A DNA stretch of 64,000 nt from Methylotenera sp. (GCA_005797835.1 SYKG01000005.1:3879-67878); one strand, 5' to 3'. Positions 38,007 through 48,235 are shown, counted from the stretch's first letter. Notes: generated by a model from the sequence alone, not told the origin. Numbers and translations are program-made.

Positions 38007-38606
38007 ATGCCTTCACTCCAAAATAAAGAGAGGTTATTTAGAAAATCTGTTTTATTCGTAGCTTTAGTTAATTTATGTTATTTTTTTGTAGAATTTTTTG
38101 TCGCGCGCAATATAAGTTCAACGGCTCTTTTTGCCGATAGTATCGATTTTTTAGAAGATACATCAGTCAATATGCTTATCTTTTTAGCAGTAAGTTGGAC
38201 ATATCAAAACAAAGCAAGACTCGCAAAATGCTTAGCGATTTTCTTATTAGTTCCTGCATGTGCATTTTTATATACAGCTTGGCAAAAGTTTTATATGCCA
38301 TCAGTCCCTGATCCCTCAATACTCTCCTTGACTGGTTTTGGAGCTCTAATAATCAATGTAAGTTGCACATATATTTTGATGCAATTTAGGCATCATCAGG
38401 GCAGTCTAACTCGTGCTGCTTTTCTTTCAGCACGAAATGATGCCCTCGCTAATATTGCGATTGTGCTTACTGGCTTAATCAGTTTTATTTGGTATTCGAT
38501 ATGGCCGGACTTAATAGTTGGATTTTTTATAATGGCTATTAATCTTGATGCCGCAAAGGAAATTTGGGAGGCTTCTGAGAATCAAGAAAAAGATGCAACG
38601 TGGTAG
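38007..38606 (+). CDS. Short cation diffusion facilitator (CDF) transporter
   Basis: STALFADSIDFLED, SARNDALAN, WPD. Confidence 0.85.
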   Translation: MPSLQNKERLFRKSVLFVALVNLCYFFVEFFVARNISSTALFADSIDFLEDTSVNMLIFLAVSWTYQNKARLAKCLAIFLLVPACAFLYTAWQKFYMPSVPDPSILSLTGFGALIINVSCTYILMQFRHHQGSLTRAAFLSARNDALANIAIVLTGLISFIWYSIWPDLIVGFFIMAINLDAAKEIWEASENQEKDATW

Positions 38607-38668
38607 TATTTCGAACTTTATTTTTAATCAATAAGTGAACAAAAATTTAACTTTGTAGTCAAAAAAAA

Positions 38669-39325
38669 ATGAGATTAATTTTTACTTTAGTTTCCTTAAT
38701 AATGTTTCTTACACTCTCGGGATGCCAACATTTAGCTGAGAAGAATCCAATAATCAAAGCTGAACTCACTGTTTTTCACGAATTGCCTAAAGATTTTAAC
38801 CCCCCTACAATCGCGATCGTTCCTTGGCATCAAACGCAAAAAAGCTCTCTGGAATTTAAAAATTACGCAGCAATTCTAAAAGATCGTATCGAGAAATTAG
38901 GCTTTACTGTCATTGATCATTCAAGAAAACCAGAACTAATCCTTTTCTTTGATTATGGAGACGATAATGGAAAAGATATGACTGAGACCTATACGGTCCC
39001 TGATTTTGGTATGATCGGCTATACAGGTTATTCTATGAATTACTATGGTTTTTATCCAAGTATGCCCTTGTACGGATATCGTGGATATCAAACCCGTACT
39101 AATAAGTATACTTTATTTACACGATATATTCGTATTGATATTGCTCAACCTAAAATCAACGGTGGTGAGCTCGATAAGATGTATGAGGGCAGTTTGAGAA
39201 GTAAAGGTACATGCTCAAAACTTACTGTGACACTTCCTTATCTCATTGATATGTATTTTCAAAATTTCCCTGGAAAAAATAATGAAACCCAATCTCTTGA
39301 AAAATCTTGGAATGGAGTTTGTTAA
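38669..39325 (+). CDS. Lipoprotein (DUF4136-like)
   Basis: Lipobox LSGC, SLEF..Y, Gly/Tyr-rich loop, FPG near the C-terminus. Confidence 0.65.
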   Translation: MRLIFTLVSLIMFLTLSGCQHLAEKNPIIKAELTVFHELPKDFNPPTIAIVPWHQTQKSSLEFKNYAAILKDRIEKLGFTVIDHSRKPELILFFDYGDDNGKDMTETYTVPDFGMIGYTGYSMNYYGFYPSMPLYGYRGYQTRTNKYTLFTRYIRIDIAQPKINGGELDKMYEGSLRSKGTCSKLTVTLPYLIDMYFQNFPGKNNETQSLEKSWNGVC

Positions 39326-39331
39326 TTTATC

Positions 39332-39961
39332 ATGCTGTCTTTTTCTTTTAAAAATTTAATTTTTATTATTCTTTTGCTTCCATATCTATCTTTTGCACAA
39401 GACTGGAATTTTAATGTCCTTATGGATGAAAAATTGATTGGGGAGCATTCTTTTCAACTCAAAGAAGAGGATAAATTTAATCAGCTTATAAGTAATGCTA
39501 GTTTTAAAGTCACACTCTTATCTATTCCAGTTTATAAATATAAGCATATATCGAAAGAGCTTTGGAATAAGGATTGTTTGTATGCCATTGAATCCTCAAC
39601 CCAAGATGGGGGTGATGATTTTAAAGTATTAGGTAAAACAGAAGCTAGTAATTTTAGATTAATTGAACCAGCAAATAAAACATTTGTAGCAGAGTGCCCT
39701 ATGACTTTTAGTTATTGGAATCCTCTTATGCTAAAACAAAAAAAACTTTTAAATGTTCAGACCGGTGAATATGTGGAAGTAGAGATTAAAAATTTAGGCA
39801 AAAGATCTATTAAAGTTAAAAATGAAAATTTTGAAACTGATTTATATCAGGTTCTAGCCCCTAAAATTAATATTCAGTTATGGTATAAAGATAATAAGGA
39901 GTGGGTAAAATTAGAATCAATCACACCTGATAATCATCGCATTTCTTATATTCTTAAATAA
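39332..39961 (+). CDS. Exported protein (DUF6134-like)
   Basis: Signal peptide, IGEHSF, Y.Y.H...E.W...C, FSYWN, LLNVQTG, LWY. Confidence 0.65.
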   Translation: MLSFSFKNLIFIILLLPYLSFAQDWNFNVLMDEKLIGEHSFQLKEEDKFNQLISNASFKVTLLSIPVYKYKHISKELWNKDCLYAIESSTQDGGDDFKVLGKTEASNFRLIEPANKTFVAECPMTFSYWNPLMLKQKKLLNVQTGEYVEVEIKNLGKRSIKVKNENFETDLYQVLAPKINIQLWYKDNKEWVKLESITPDNHRISYILK

Positions 39962-40116
39962 ACATTATCGAAATTGGCTTTAATTACTGGTCTTCTTTTT
40001 AGCCACTATCAACCATTCTCCGAACAAGATATACTAAAGAAACTTACCCAAAATTTTGATGACATCACAATCAATAAATTTTTTTTTGTGATTAATTATT
40101 AGAAAATAAGCTTTAT

Positions 40117-41100
40117 ATGGAAAACATCACTTCGTCAAATTCATTTCATTTTAATTCAGTTAGATATTCTGGAATAAAATCTGGTTTAAATTTAATTGTA
40201 TTAGGAGCTGTGCATGGAAATGAAATTTGTGGGACTCAGGCCATAGAAAAAATTATAGATGAGCTAGATACTAAAAAGAAAGTTATTACTTCAGGAAGTG
40301 TAACCTTTGTTCCAATTACCAATCCTCTCGCTTTTTCTAAAAAGCAACGTATGGGCGATAGAAATCTGAATCGAAACCTTAATCCAAATTTGAATCCAAA
40401 ATATTTTGAGGATTATGTAGCAAATTGGTTATGTCCCCTTTTATCTGAGCACAATGTATTGTTAGACTTACATTCATTTCACTCCCCTGGGTCACCATTT
40501 GCCTTAATAGGACCTGCAAATAATTCTGGTCCATTAGAACCATTTAAATTTGCAAAACAAGAAGAAGAGCTTGCCCTAAAATTAGGCGTCAAAGTATTTG
40601 TAGATGGTTGGCTTGACACTTATGCAAGAGGGGTAGAATACCGCTGTGCTAATAAGAATGATTACCCACAAAACTCACAACTTCAAAATCTAGATATTCA
40701 CTATGGAATGGGCACCACAGAATTTATTCGTTCCAAAGGGGGCTACGGTATTACGTTGGAGTGCGGTCAACATAATGACTTAAGTGCACCTGAGGTCGCT
40801 TATCAAGCAATATCAAATAGCTTGCTCCATTTAGGGCTCGTGGACGGACCCTTACCGATGGGGATATCAAATTATCAATGTTTAAGAATTATTGAAGTGA
40901 TAGATAAGCTTCATGAGGGCGATTATTTTAGTCAAGAGTGGAAAAGTTTTGATCATGTTAAAGCTGGCCAAGTTATCGGAACCCGTCACAATGGCAAAAA
41001 AGTTTTTACTAATGATGATGTAAAAATTATGTTTCCAAATACACAAGCATTGCCAGGAAATGAATGGTTTTATCTTGCAGAATTAAGTAACCGATTTTAA
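40117..41100 (+). CDS. Succinylglutamate desuccinylase/aspartoacylase family (M14-like) hydrolase
   Basis: GAVHGNE, RNLNR, LLDLHS, TLECGQH. Confidence 0.9.
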   Translation: MENITSSNSFHFNSVRYSGIKSGLNLIVLGAVHGNEICGTQAIEKIIDELDTKKKVITSGSVTFVPITNPLAFSKKQRMGDRNLNRNLNPNLNPKYFEDYVANWLCPLLSEHNVLLDLHSFHSPGSPFALIGPANNSGPLEPFKFAKQEEELALKLGVKVFVDGWLDTYARGVEYRCANKNDYPQNSQLQNLDIHYGMGTTEFIRSKGGYGITLECGQHNDLSAPEVAYQAISNSLLHLGLVDGPLPMGISNYQCLRIIEVIDKLHEGDYFSQEWKSFDHVKAGQVIGTRHNGKKVFTNDDVKIMFPNTQALPGNEWFYLAELSNRF

Positions 41101-41134
41101 TCTTTGGTATTTTATTAAAACTTCTTAAATTTAA

Positions 41135-41149
41135 TGCAACATTATTGCA
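41135..41149. promoter_or_regulatory. Probable Zur box
   Basis: TGCAAC-ATT-ATTGCA palindrome upstream of the ZIP-COG0523-Fur-family genes; same motif as 43481. Confidence 0.75.
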
Positions 41150-41206
41150 ATAAATTCTATTTATCTGTAAATTGAAGAGCTCTAATTATTTAGTCTCTTC
41201 TTTCTA

Positions 41207-41959
41207 ATGATCCTTCTTGAAATAATTCTTGCGACACTTATTGGTGGAGTATTTTCTGTATTTTTAGCAGCTTCATTGGGATTATCTTTTTTAAGTAGAT
41301 TTACCAACCGGATGGTGGCATTTTCTGTAGGCATTTTACTTGGTTTTGCATTTACTGATCTATTGCCGCAGGCCATCTCACTTGGATTGGACACTTTAAG
41401 TCTTGGTTGGGTTCTGATTGCTGGGATCATGGGATTTTTTCTTCTAGAAAAAGTGGCCTTATGGCGCCATGATCATTCTGCTTCCTTAGGGCTTAAGCAA
41501 GAAAAACCGGTTGTATCAATGATTATTCTTGGTGATTCAATGCATAATTTTGTTGATGGCATATTAATCGCAGCTGCTTTTTTGACTGATTCGAAATTAG
41601 GTTGGGCAACCACTATTGCTGTTACGGCTCATGAAATACCCCAAGAGATCTCTGATTTTATTGTGTTACTCAATGCAGGTGTTTCAAAAATAAAATCAAT
41701 TTTACTTAATGCTCTCTCAGGATTCGCGATGACTTTCGGGGGCGTGATTGGTTGGCTCAGTCTAAACGATGCACAAAGCATCATTCCCTACGTGTTAACT
41801 TTAGCGGCTGCAAGTTTTATCTATATTGCAATTGCAGACTTAGTTCCTGAGCTCCATCATCATCGTAAACCAAAAGATATGTTCTTTCAAATAAGCTTAA
41901 TGGCAATTGGACTTTTAGTGGTTTCTTTTATAAAAAATATTGAACAAGGACGAATATAA
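41207..41959 (+). CDS. ZIP family metal transporter
   Basis: GDSMHNFVDG, HEIPQE.SDF, FIYIAIADL.PE. Confidence 0.92.
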   Translation: MILLEIILATLIGGVFSVFLAASLGLSFLSRFTNRMVAFSVGILLGFAFTDLLPQAISLGLDTLSLGWVLIAGIMGFFLLEKVALWRHDHSASLGLKQEKPVVSMIILGDSMHNFVDGILIAAAFLTDSKLGWATTIAVTAHEIPQEISDFIVLLNAGVSKIKSILLNALSGFAMTFGGVIGWLSLNDAQSIIPYVLTLAAASFIYIAIADLVPELHHHRKPKDMFFQISLMAIGLLVVSFIKNIEQGRI

Positions 41960-41960
41960 A

Positions 41961-42938
41961 ATGAAAACTAATACTTTAATACCAGTCACAATTTTGACAG
42001 GTTTTTTAGGGTCGGGCAAAACAACTTTGCTTAATCGTATTTTAAGTGAAGAGCATGGACATCGAATTGCTGTCATTGAGAATGAATTTGGAGAGTCTGG
42101 AGTTGATGGTGAGCTCCTCATTCATGGTGAAGAGCAAATTGTAGAAATGAATAATGGTTGTATTTGTTGCACAGTTCGAGGTGACTTAGTTCGCATTTTG
42201 GGTGACCTTGCACGAAAACAGTTAGCAGGCGACTTAAATTTTGATCGTGTGATTATAGAAACGACAGGTTTAGCAGATCCTGCACCTGTAGCGCAAACCT
42301 TTTTTGTGGAGGCTGATATTGAGGCGCGCTATAAATTGGATGGAATTATTACGGTGGTAGATGCTGTGCATGGAATGCAACAACTTGATGAACACCATGA
42401 AGCGCAAGAGCAAGTGGGGTTTGCTGACAGAATATTAATATCTAAAACTGATCTTCTTTCAAACGACGTTATTCAAGTTTTGACTTCAAGATTGCGTCAG
42501 ATGAATTTTCGTGCACCAATTAAAAATGTTCACTTTGGTAAGACAGATATTAAGGATATTTTAGATATTTCTGGATTTTCTTTGGATGAAATTTTAAAAA
42601 TAGAGCCAGATTTCCTAGAGGATGTTAGTCATGAACATGACGATGATATTGCCTCTTTTGTTTTCAAATCAGATCGACCATTTCATATGGAAAAGCTTGA
42701 ACTGTTTTTAGGGGATATGTTGGGTATTTTGGGCCCTCAGTTATTACGATATAAGGGTATTCTTTATATTGCTGGGGAAGATTGCCGCTTTGTCTTTCAG
42801 GGTGTGCATATGCTTATGGGTGCAGAAAAAGGTAGTCAGTGGAAAACGAATGAAAAGCGGGGGTCAGTCATGGTCTTTATAGGAAAAAAACTCCCTCAGG
42901 AAATTTTTGAAAAAGGCTTAGCTTTATGTTTGCAATAA
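41961..42938 (+). CDS. COG0523 (CobW/YjiA/ZigA-type) zinc metallochaperone GTPase
   Basis: GFLGSGKTT, ENEFG, GCICC, ETTGLADP, SKTD, RYKG. ATG 41961 preferred. Confidence 0.93.
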   Translation: MKTNTLIPVTILTGFLGSGKTTLLNRILSEEHGHRIAVIENEFGESGVDGELLIHGEEQIVEMNNGCICCTVRGDLVRILGDLARKQLAGDLNFDRVIIETTGLADPAPVAQTFFVEADIEARYKLDGIITVVDAVHGMQQLDEHHEAQEQVGFADRILISKTDLLSNDVIQVLTSRLRQMNFRAPIKNVHFGKTDIKDILDISGFSLDEILKIEPDFLEDVSHEHDDDIASFVFKSDRPFHMEKLELFLGDMLGILGPQLLRYKGILYIAGEDCRFVFQGVHMLMGAEKGSQWKTNEKRGSVMVFIGKKLPQEIFEKGLALCLQ

Positions 42939-43014
42939 AATATAAATTTTTAGGTGAGCATAAAATTTTTATTACAAATTTAAATTTATTAATAGATAAT
43001 ATTATTTGTAAAAA

Positions 43015-43461
43015 ATGAAAACATCTCAGACTTTATTTAATCAAACAAAGTTAAAAGCTACTCAAGCTCGCCTTGAGGTTACAGATATTCTCCTGAAAAA
43101 TCCAAGACCACTGTCTCACCAAGAGATTTTGAAGAAGCTCCCACAAAATTTTGATCGTGTGACACTTTATCGGAATCTTAATTGGTTGCTAAAAAATGGT
43201 TTAATTCATCGTATTTCGGGTGAGGACCGTGCAAGGTACTTTGAAATCAATCATCAATTTATTCAGTCTAATGAAAAGTATCGTTCGAGTCGAAAAATCG
43301 CTCCCGATAATCACTTACATGCACATTTTAATTGTCAGAATTGCGGGAAATTTTTTTGTTTAGACGATATTCATCCAAAATTTAAGCTCGAGCTACCCCC
43401 AAAATTCATCTTTGATACAATTGAGCTTACCGTTAAGGGCAAGTGTTCTCGTTGCCAATAA
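43015..43461 (+). CDS. Fur family regulator (probably Zur)
   Basis: DRVTLYR, H.HAHF.C..C, C-terminal C..C; embedded in a zinc-uptake cluster. Confidence 0.85.
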   Translation: MKTSQTLFNQTKLKATQARLEVTDILLKNPRPLSHQEILKKLPQNFDRVTLYRNLNWLLKNGLIHRISGEDRARYFEINHQFIQSNEKYRSSRKIAPDNHLHAHFNCQNCGKFFCLDDIHPKFKLELPPKFIFDTIELTVKGKCSRCQ

Positions 43462-43480
43462 TTTAAAGTACTGAAAAATA

Positions 43481-43495
43481 TGCAATATAGTTGCA
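43481..43495. promoter_or_regulatory. Probable Zur box
   Basis: TGCAAT-ATA-GTTGCA palindrome just upstream of an extended -10 (TGTTAAAAT, 43503-43511). Confidence 0.78.
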
Positions 43496-43518
43496 TTTTT
43501 GGTGTTAAAATTAGCGAC

Positions 43519-43824
43519 ATGTTAAAAAAACTTTTTTCTATATTGTGTTTGATATTTCTTTTTGTTCTTAGTCAGCATGCGGCACTCTCACATCAAGTTT
43601 CTCATATTCAAGATGATTTAAAACAAACTCATTCTAAAAAATCTGATTCAAATTTTTGCCCTGAATGTGCACAGTTTGCAAATCTTCAATATGCTGACCA
43701 CGTTTTTTATACATTGCATTTAGACGTATTGAATCATGACACCCCATTTATTTTAGGCATTTACTCCTATCAGTCTCCCGCGATATTGAATTTTGCTGCT
43801 CGCGACCCACCTCAACACCTTTAA
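43519..43824 (+). CDS. DUF2946/CruR-like leader protein
   Basis: Signal-like N-terminus, H..SH, CPEC, C-terminal ARDPP; directly upstream of a TonB receptor. ATG 43480 overlaps the Zur box and is unlikely. Confidence 0.75.
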   Translation: MLKKLFSILCLIFLFVLSQHAALSHQVSHIQDDLKQTHSKKSDSNFCPECAQFANLQYADHVFYTLHLDVLNHDTPFILGIYSYQSPAILNFAARDPPQHL

Positions 43825-43898
43825 ATTCTTAATACGTTAAAAATAACCCCATCTTAATCTGATGGACTTTTGTTTGAATTATTAAAAAAAGGTGTGAA

Positions 43899-46001
43899 AT
43901 GAAACTCAAGAAATTAACTTTAGCGCTTATGTTTGTATCATCAAGCGGAGCCATCGCCGCTGAAAAAGTTATGATAAATCTTCCTGTTACCCCCGTGACA
44001 GGTAACCCTCTTGGGGTAGGTTCAGATCAAATGGTAGTCCCCATTTCAATCTTAAATGGTCGAGAGCTCTCATTAAAAAGAGAAAGTACCTTAGCTGAAA
44101 CCTTGAATGGTATCCCTGGGATAAGCAATAGTTCATTTGGCCCTTCAGTAGGACGTCCCATGATTAGGGGTATGGACAGTGACCGTATTAAAATCTTACA
44201 AAATGGTGTGAATAGCTTAGATGCTTCTAACCTAAGTTTCGACCATGGTGTTGCCATTGACCCACTCATCATTGAACAGATAGATGTCATTCGGGGCCCA
44301 GCCACACTTTTATACGGGGGTGGGGCGGTAGGGGGCGTTGTCAATGCTATTGACCATAGAATTCCAAAAGAAAAACTTCAAGGTATTATGGGACGTGGTG
44401 AAGTGAGATATGGGGGAGCAAATCTAGAGCAAAGCCAAGCAGCTGTTGTTGATATTGGCACAGGGAATTTTGTGATGCACTTGGATGCTTACAATCGTGA
44501 TGGTAAAAACTTCCGCATTCCAGGCAATGCAGTTTCTAATCGACTTGAATCGACGCAAGCTTGGGCCCCAGATGGTGGGACCAAAGCAAGTAGTGTGTAT
44601 CCAGGGGCTTATGAAACCTACTCTACCAATCATGGAAGAAATAAACTCCTCAATAGCCAATCTGAGACAAAAGGGGGTGCAATCGGTGCCTCGATGATTT
44701 TTGATAAAGGCTTCGCAGGGTTTAGTTATGCAAAACATCAAAGTGTTTATGGAAGTGTCAAAGAGCCAAGTATTCATCTCGATATGGATCGTGACCGCTA
44801 TGATTTCGCATCCGAACTCAAAGATTTAAATACTTTTTTTGATCGCGCTAAAGTCAAGGTTGCCTACACAGACTATAAGCATGACGAGAAAGCGGGTAGT
44901 GTGATCCATACCAGTTTTAAAAATTCTGGGATTGATGGGACCTTTGAAATAGGACACAGGCCCATTGCTGGGGTGACTGGTATCTTGGGCGTGCACTTTG
45001 ATAGTGGAAAATTTAATGCCATTGGACATGAGGCGTTTGTGCCCAATTCAAAGGCTAAATCTCAATCCTTTTATGTTTATGAGGAGCTTCCTATCGATAA
45101 ACATAAATTGAGCTTTGGTTTAAGGCATGGTCAACATGAGCTTAAAAGTGCAGGTGGCGGCGAAGACAATAAGTTTGGTAACCCAACAACTAAAAAATTT
45201 AATACCAATAATGGTGCGATTGGTGGCTTGTATGCGCTTAATGAGCGATGGTCATTAACGGCTAATGTATCGCATAATGAACGTGCACCCTCCTACTTTG
45301 AACTCTTTGCAAATGGGGTTCATGTGGCAACGGGTAATTATGAGGAGGGCCAATCTGGGTTAAAAAAAGAGAAATCAAATAGTATCGATGGACAGATTCG
45401 CTGGAAGTCAGGACAAGATAGCTTGAGCTTTGGGGCATATTTTAATAAGTTCTCAAACTTCATTGGTCTTTTATCAACCAATACTTCGGGAACAGGCGAA
45501 AATGAGGAGGAAGAGGGTACAGAAATTACCTATAAAAAATCTGTCTTCTCAGGCATTAAGGCTGAGTTTAAAGGAGTTGAATTAGAGGGTAAAACTATGC
45601 TTAATGATTATCTCCAATTTAATCTTAGGGGAGATTATGTGGAGGCAAAAGATAAGACCAATGGTGGATATGTCCCCCGTATTGCTCCTCTTAAATTAGG
45701 GGCTGGGTTGAAATATGAATTTGATCGCTTTGGAGCAAGATTAGATGTGCTTCATGCCTTTAAGCAAGACCATGTGGCTACAAATTTTAATTATGTCGGG
45801 ACTAAAGAGCTTCATAGTGATGCCTATACAAACGTCAGTATGCTGGCGACTTATCGATTACCCACACAAGTGAACCTAGAAGCCTTTACTCGTGCTAATA
45901 ATTTACTGGACGAAGAAATTCGGGATCATTCATCTTTCCTTAAAGATATAGCGCCCATGGGTGGTCGATCGCTTATGATTGGTCTTCGTGGTGAATTTTA
46001 A
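43899..46001 (+). CDS. TonB-dependent receptor, ZnuD-like
   Basis: FGP..GRP.IRG, DH.VAIDP, IDVIRGPATLLYG, DYKHDE, ELFANGVH.AT, C-terminal GEF. Confidence 0.9.
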   Translation: MKLKKLTLALMFVSSSGAIAAEKVMINLPVTPVTGNPLGVGSDQMVVPISILNGRELSLKRESTLAETLNGIPGISNSSFGPSVGRPMIRGMDSDRIKILQNGVNSLDASNLSFDHGVAIDPLIIEQIDVIRGPATLLYGGGAVGGVVNAIDHRIPKEKLQGIMGRGEVRYGGANLEQSQAAVVDIGTGNFVMHLDAYNRDGKNFRIPGNAVSNRLESTQAWAPDGGTKASSVYPGAYETYSTNHGRNKLLNSQSETKGGAIGASMIFDKGFAGFSYAKHQSVYGSVKEPSIHLDMDRDRYDFASELKDLNTFFDRAKVKVAYTDYKHDEKAGSVIHTSFKNSGIDGTFEIGHRPIAGVTGILGVHFDSGKFNAIGHEAFVPNSKAKSQSFYVYEELPIDKHKLSFGLRHGQHELKSAGGGEDNKFGNPTTKKFNTNNGAIGGLYALNERWSLTANVSHNERAPSYFELFANGVHVATGNYEEGQSGLKKEKSNSIDGQIRWKSGQDSLSFGAYFNKFSNFIGLLSTNTSGTGENEEEEGTEITYKKSVFSGIKAEFKGVELEGKTMLNDYLQFNLRGDYVEAKDKTNGGYVPRIAPLKLGAGLKYEFDRFGARLDVLHAFKQDHVATNFNYVGTKELHSDAYTNVSMLATYRLPTQVNLEAFTRANNLLDEEIRDHSSFLKDIAPMGGRSLMIGLRGEF

Positions 46002-46025
46002 ATTTTTAAAAATTTAACATAGCAG

Positions 46026-46062
46026 ATAGAGTTCACTAATTAATTTAGTGAACTCTATTTTT
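46026..46062 (+). terminator. Intrinsic terminator after the TonB receptor
   Basis: 14-bp stem ATAGAGTTCACTAA / TTAGTGAACTCTAT followed by T residues. Confidence 0.75.
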
Positions 46063-46106
46063 CGCGTTTACTCTATCAAATGTATTGATTAAAAACAGGA
46101 TTGATC

Positions 46107-46238
46107 ATGGCAAAGAAAGTAAAGCAAGAAAAAAAATGTCCTTATAATTGGCATATGGCTTTTAGATGTGCTCTTGGCACTGCATTCTACGGTTTAGGCA
46201 TCGCTGCTTTTATTAAGTATCTTTTTTGCTCAGTATAA
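46107..46238 (+). CDS. Small membrane peptide, 43 aa (not in ORF track)
   Basis: MAKKVKQEKKCPYNWHMAFRCALGTAFYGLGIAAFIKYLFCSV, with an AGGA RBS; TAATG overlap with the next gene. Confidence 0.7.
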   Translation: MAKKVKQEKKCPYNWHMAFRCALGTAFYGLGIAAFIKYLFCSV

Positions 46239-46507
46239 TGGGCGCAAAAAAGCCATCATTGAGTGAAGGAGATCTTTCACGTCTCATTGAAATGGCTTGG
46301 GAAGATAGAACGCCTTTTGAGGCCATCTTAAAAAATTTTCATTTAGATGAGTCGTCTCTAATGAGAATCATGCAAGAAAATCTCAAGCCATCCTCTTATC
46401 GATTGTGGAGAAAGCGCGTCAAAGAAAAATCAGTCAAACATATCAAACTGAGATCCCCTGACATAAAACGTGCCTATTGCCCTACGCAATATAAAATCAG
46501 CCGTTAA
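46238..46507 (+). CDS. TIGR03643/DUF2805 family protein
   Basis: IEMAWEDRTPFEAI and SYRLWRKRV. Confidence 0.88.
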   Translation: MGAKKPSLSEGDLSRLIEMAWEDRTPFEAILKNFHLDESSLMRIMQENLKPSSYRLWRKRVKEKSVKHIKLRSPDIKRAYCPTQYKISR

Positions 46508-46515
46508 TTTTTTTT

Positions 46516-46662
46516 ATGAGAATGATAAAGAAAGCACAATTACCTACCAAGATTTGTGTTGTTTGCCAAAAATCATTTACTTGGAGAAAAAAATGGCAAC
46601 TTGTTTGGGATGAAGTTAAGTATTGTTCTGAACGTTGTAGGCGCCATAAAAATTTAACATAA
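46516..46662 (+). CDS. DUF2256 small zinc-ribbon protein (not in ORF track)
   Basis: LPTKICVVCQKSFTWRKKW...WDEVKYCSERCRR; a typical photolyase neighbour. Confidence 0.9.
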   Translation: MRMIKKAQLPTKICVVCQKSFTWRKKWQLVWDEVKYCSERCRRHKNLT

Positions 46663-46705
46663 TCGGAAAAATAAGAAAAAAGCTTCTTCCTGCAAAAATA
46701 ATGGG

Positions 46706-48235
46706 CTATAAGATTTCTATATTTTGAATGTGTTTACGTGCTTGAGATTGTACAGCCTTTAATAAGTCACGATCCATATCCCTAAGTTGTTTATATACAA
46801 TGCCTAATCTAGGATTCTTGCCAAGTTTTGCGGCATTTACTAAAAAGAAATTCCAATAAAGACTATTAAATGGGCAAGCCTTTTCCCCAATTTTTTCATT
46901 TTTTGAGTAATGACAGCCCTCGCAATAGTTACTCATTTTATTGACATAATTCGCAGTGGAAACATAGGGCTTACTCGCTAATTTTCCTCCATCAGCAAAT
47001 TGACTCATACCAAGTGTATTAGGCATTTCCACCCATTCAAAGGCGTCAATATAAATGCCAAGATACCATTTATGAAGTTTTTGTGGGTGAATGCCTGCAA
47101 GAAGAGAAAAATTGCCTATCACCATAAGTCTTTGAATATGGTGTGCATAGGCTTCATTTAAAGATTGATTAATCGAATATTTAAGACAATTCATTTGGGT
47201 TTGACCATTCCAAAACCAGCTCGGCACCGGTAATTGATGATTAAAATAATTATCATTATTTAGTGTTGATATATTTGCCCAGTAATAACCTCTCATGTAT
47301 TCTCTCCAGCCCAATATTTGTCTGATAAAACCTTCAGCAGTATTAATAGATATAAGATCGTTGCGATACGATTTTTCAACTTTAAGAATAACTTCATGAG
47401 GTGATAACATTTTTGTATTAAGAGCAAAAGAAATTAAAGAATGAAACATTCTTGACTCATCTTTGTGCATAGCATCTTGATAATCACCAAAGTGAACTAA
47501 TATATTTTTCACAAAAGAATCGAGGTGCTTTAATGCCTCCTGCCTATTTAATGGCCAACGAAATTGAGATGCATTATTTTCACCAAAGTTTTGAATCTGA
47601 GCACTATTAATTTCATTCCATAGGGCACTATGATTATGTTTGGGTCGAGTATCTTTAAAAGTTTTTGGGGTGCCCTTCCATGCCTTTCTATTTTCATTAT
47701 CAAAATTCCATTTCGATCCTATTGGCTCATTTAAATCTGACATCAGAATATGATGTTTTTTTCTTATATAGCGGTAAAAGGATTCCATCAGCCATTGCTT
47801 CTTATCCTTAAATACTTCTTTTACTTCATCACGGCTTGTATAAAAGTGCTCTGTTGAGATACATTCAGACGGAATAGAAATTTCACTACAAAAACTTTTT
47901 AATTCTTTATCCAGCCTAGATTCATCTGGCTCTTGATATTCAAATTTTCTAATACGATGCTTTTTAAGTAAAGCATTAAGATTGGATTTAAAAGATTGTT
48001 GATTCGCCTTATCATTTATTTTTATGTAAATAACTTGATGACTACTTTTTGTAAGGGATTCTTTAAAGTCTCTCATAGCAGCAAATATTGCTAGAATTTT
48101 CTGTGCATGATGAAGCACGTAGCTTGTTTCTTGTTTAACTTCCATTAAAATATAGACGATATCCTTATTAACACTCTTAAACCAAGAGTGATTAGGATTA
48201 AGTTGGTCACCTAAAACAAGTCTGAGAGTTTTCAT
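46706..48235 (-). CDS. FeS-BCP cryptochrome/(6-4) photolyase (PhrB/CryB-like)
   Basis: LVLGDQL, HHAQK, ME.FYR, WNFD..NRK, EGFIRQILGWREY, HHIQRLM, YCEGC...ACP. Confidence 0.93.
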   Translation of the reverse strand: MKTLRLVLGDQLNPNHSWFKSVNKDIVYILMEVKQETSYVLHHAQKILAIFAAMRDFKESLTKSSHQVIYIKINDKANQQSFKSNLNALLKKHRIRKFEYQEPDESRLDKELKSFCSEISIPSECISTEHFYTSRDEVKEVFKDKKQWLMESFYRYIRKKHHILMSDLNEPIGSKWNFDNENRKAWKGTPKTFKDTRPKHNHSALWNEINSAQIQNFGENNASQFRWPLNRQEALKHLDSFVKNILVHFGDYQDAMHKDESRMFHSLISFALNTKMLSPHEVILKVEKSYRNDLISINTAEGFIRQILGWREYMRGYYWANISTLNNDNYFNHQLPVPSWFWNGQTQMNCLKYSINQSLNEAYAHHIQRLMVIGNFSLLAGIHPQKLHKWYLGIYIDAFEWVEMPNTLGMSQFADGGKLASKPYVSTANYVNKMSNYCEGCHYSKNEKIGEKACPFNSLYWNFFLVNAAKLGKNPRLGIVYKQLRDMDRDLLKAVQSQARKHIQNIEIL

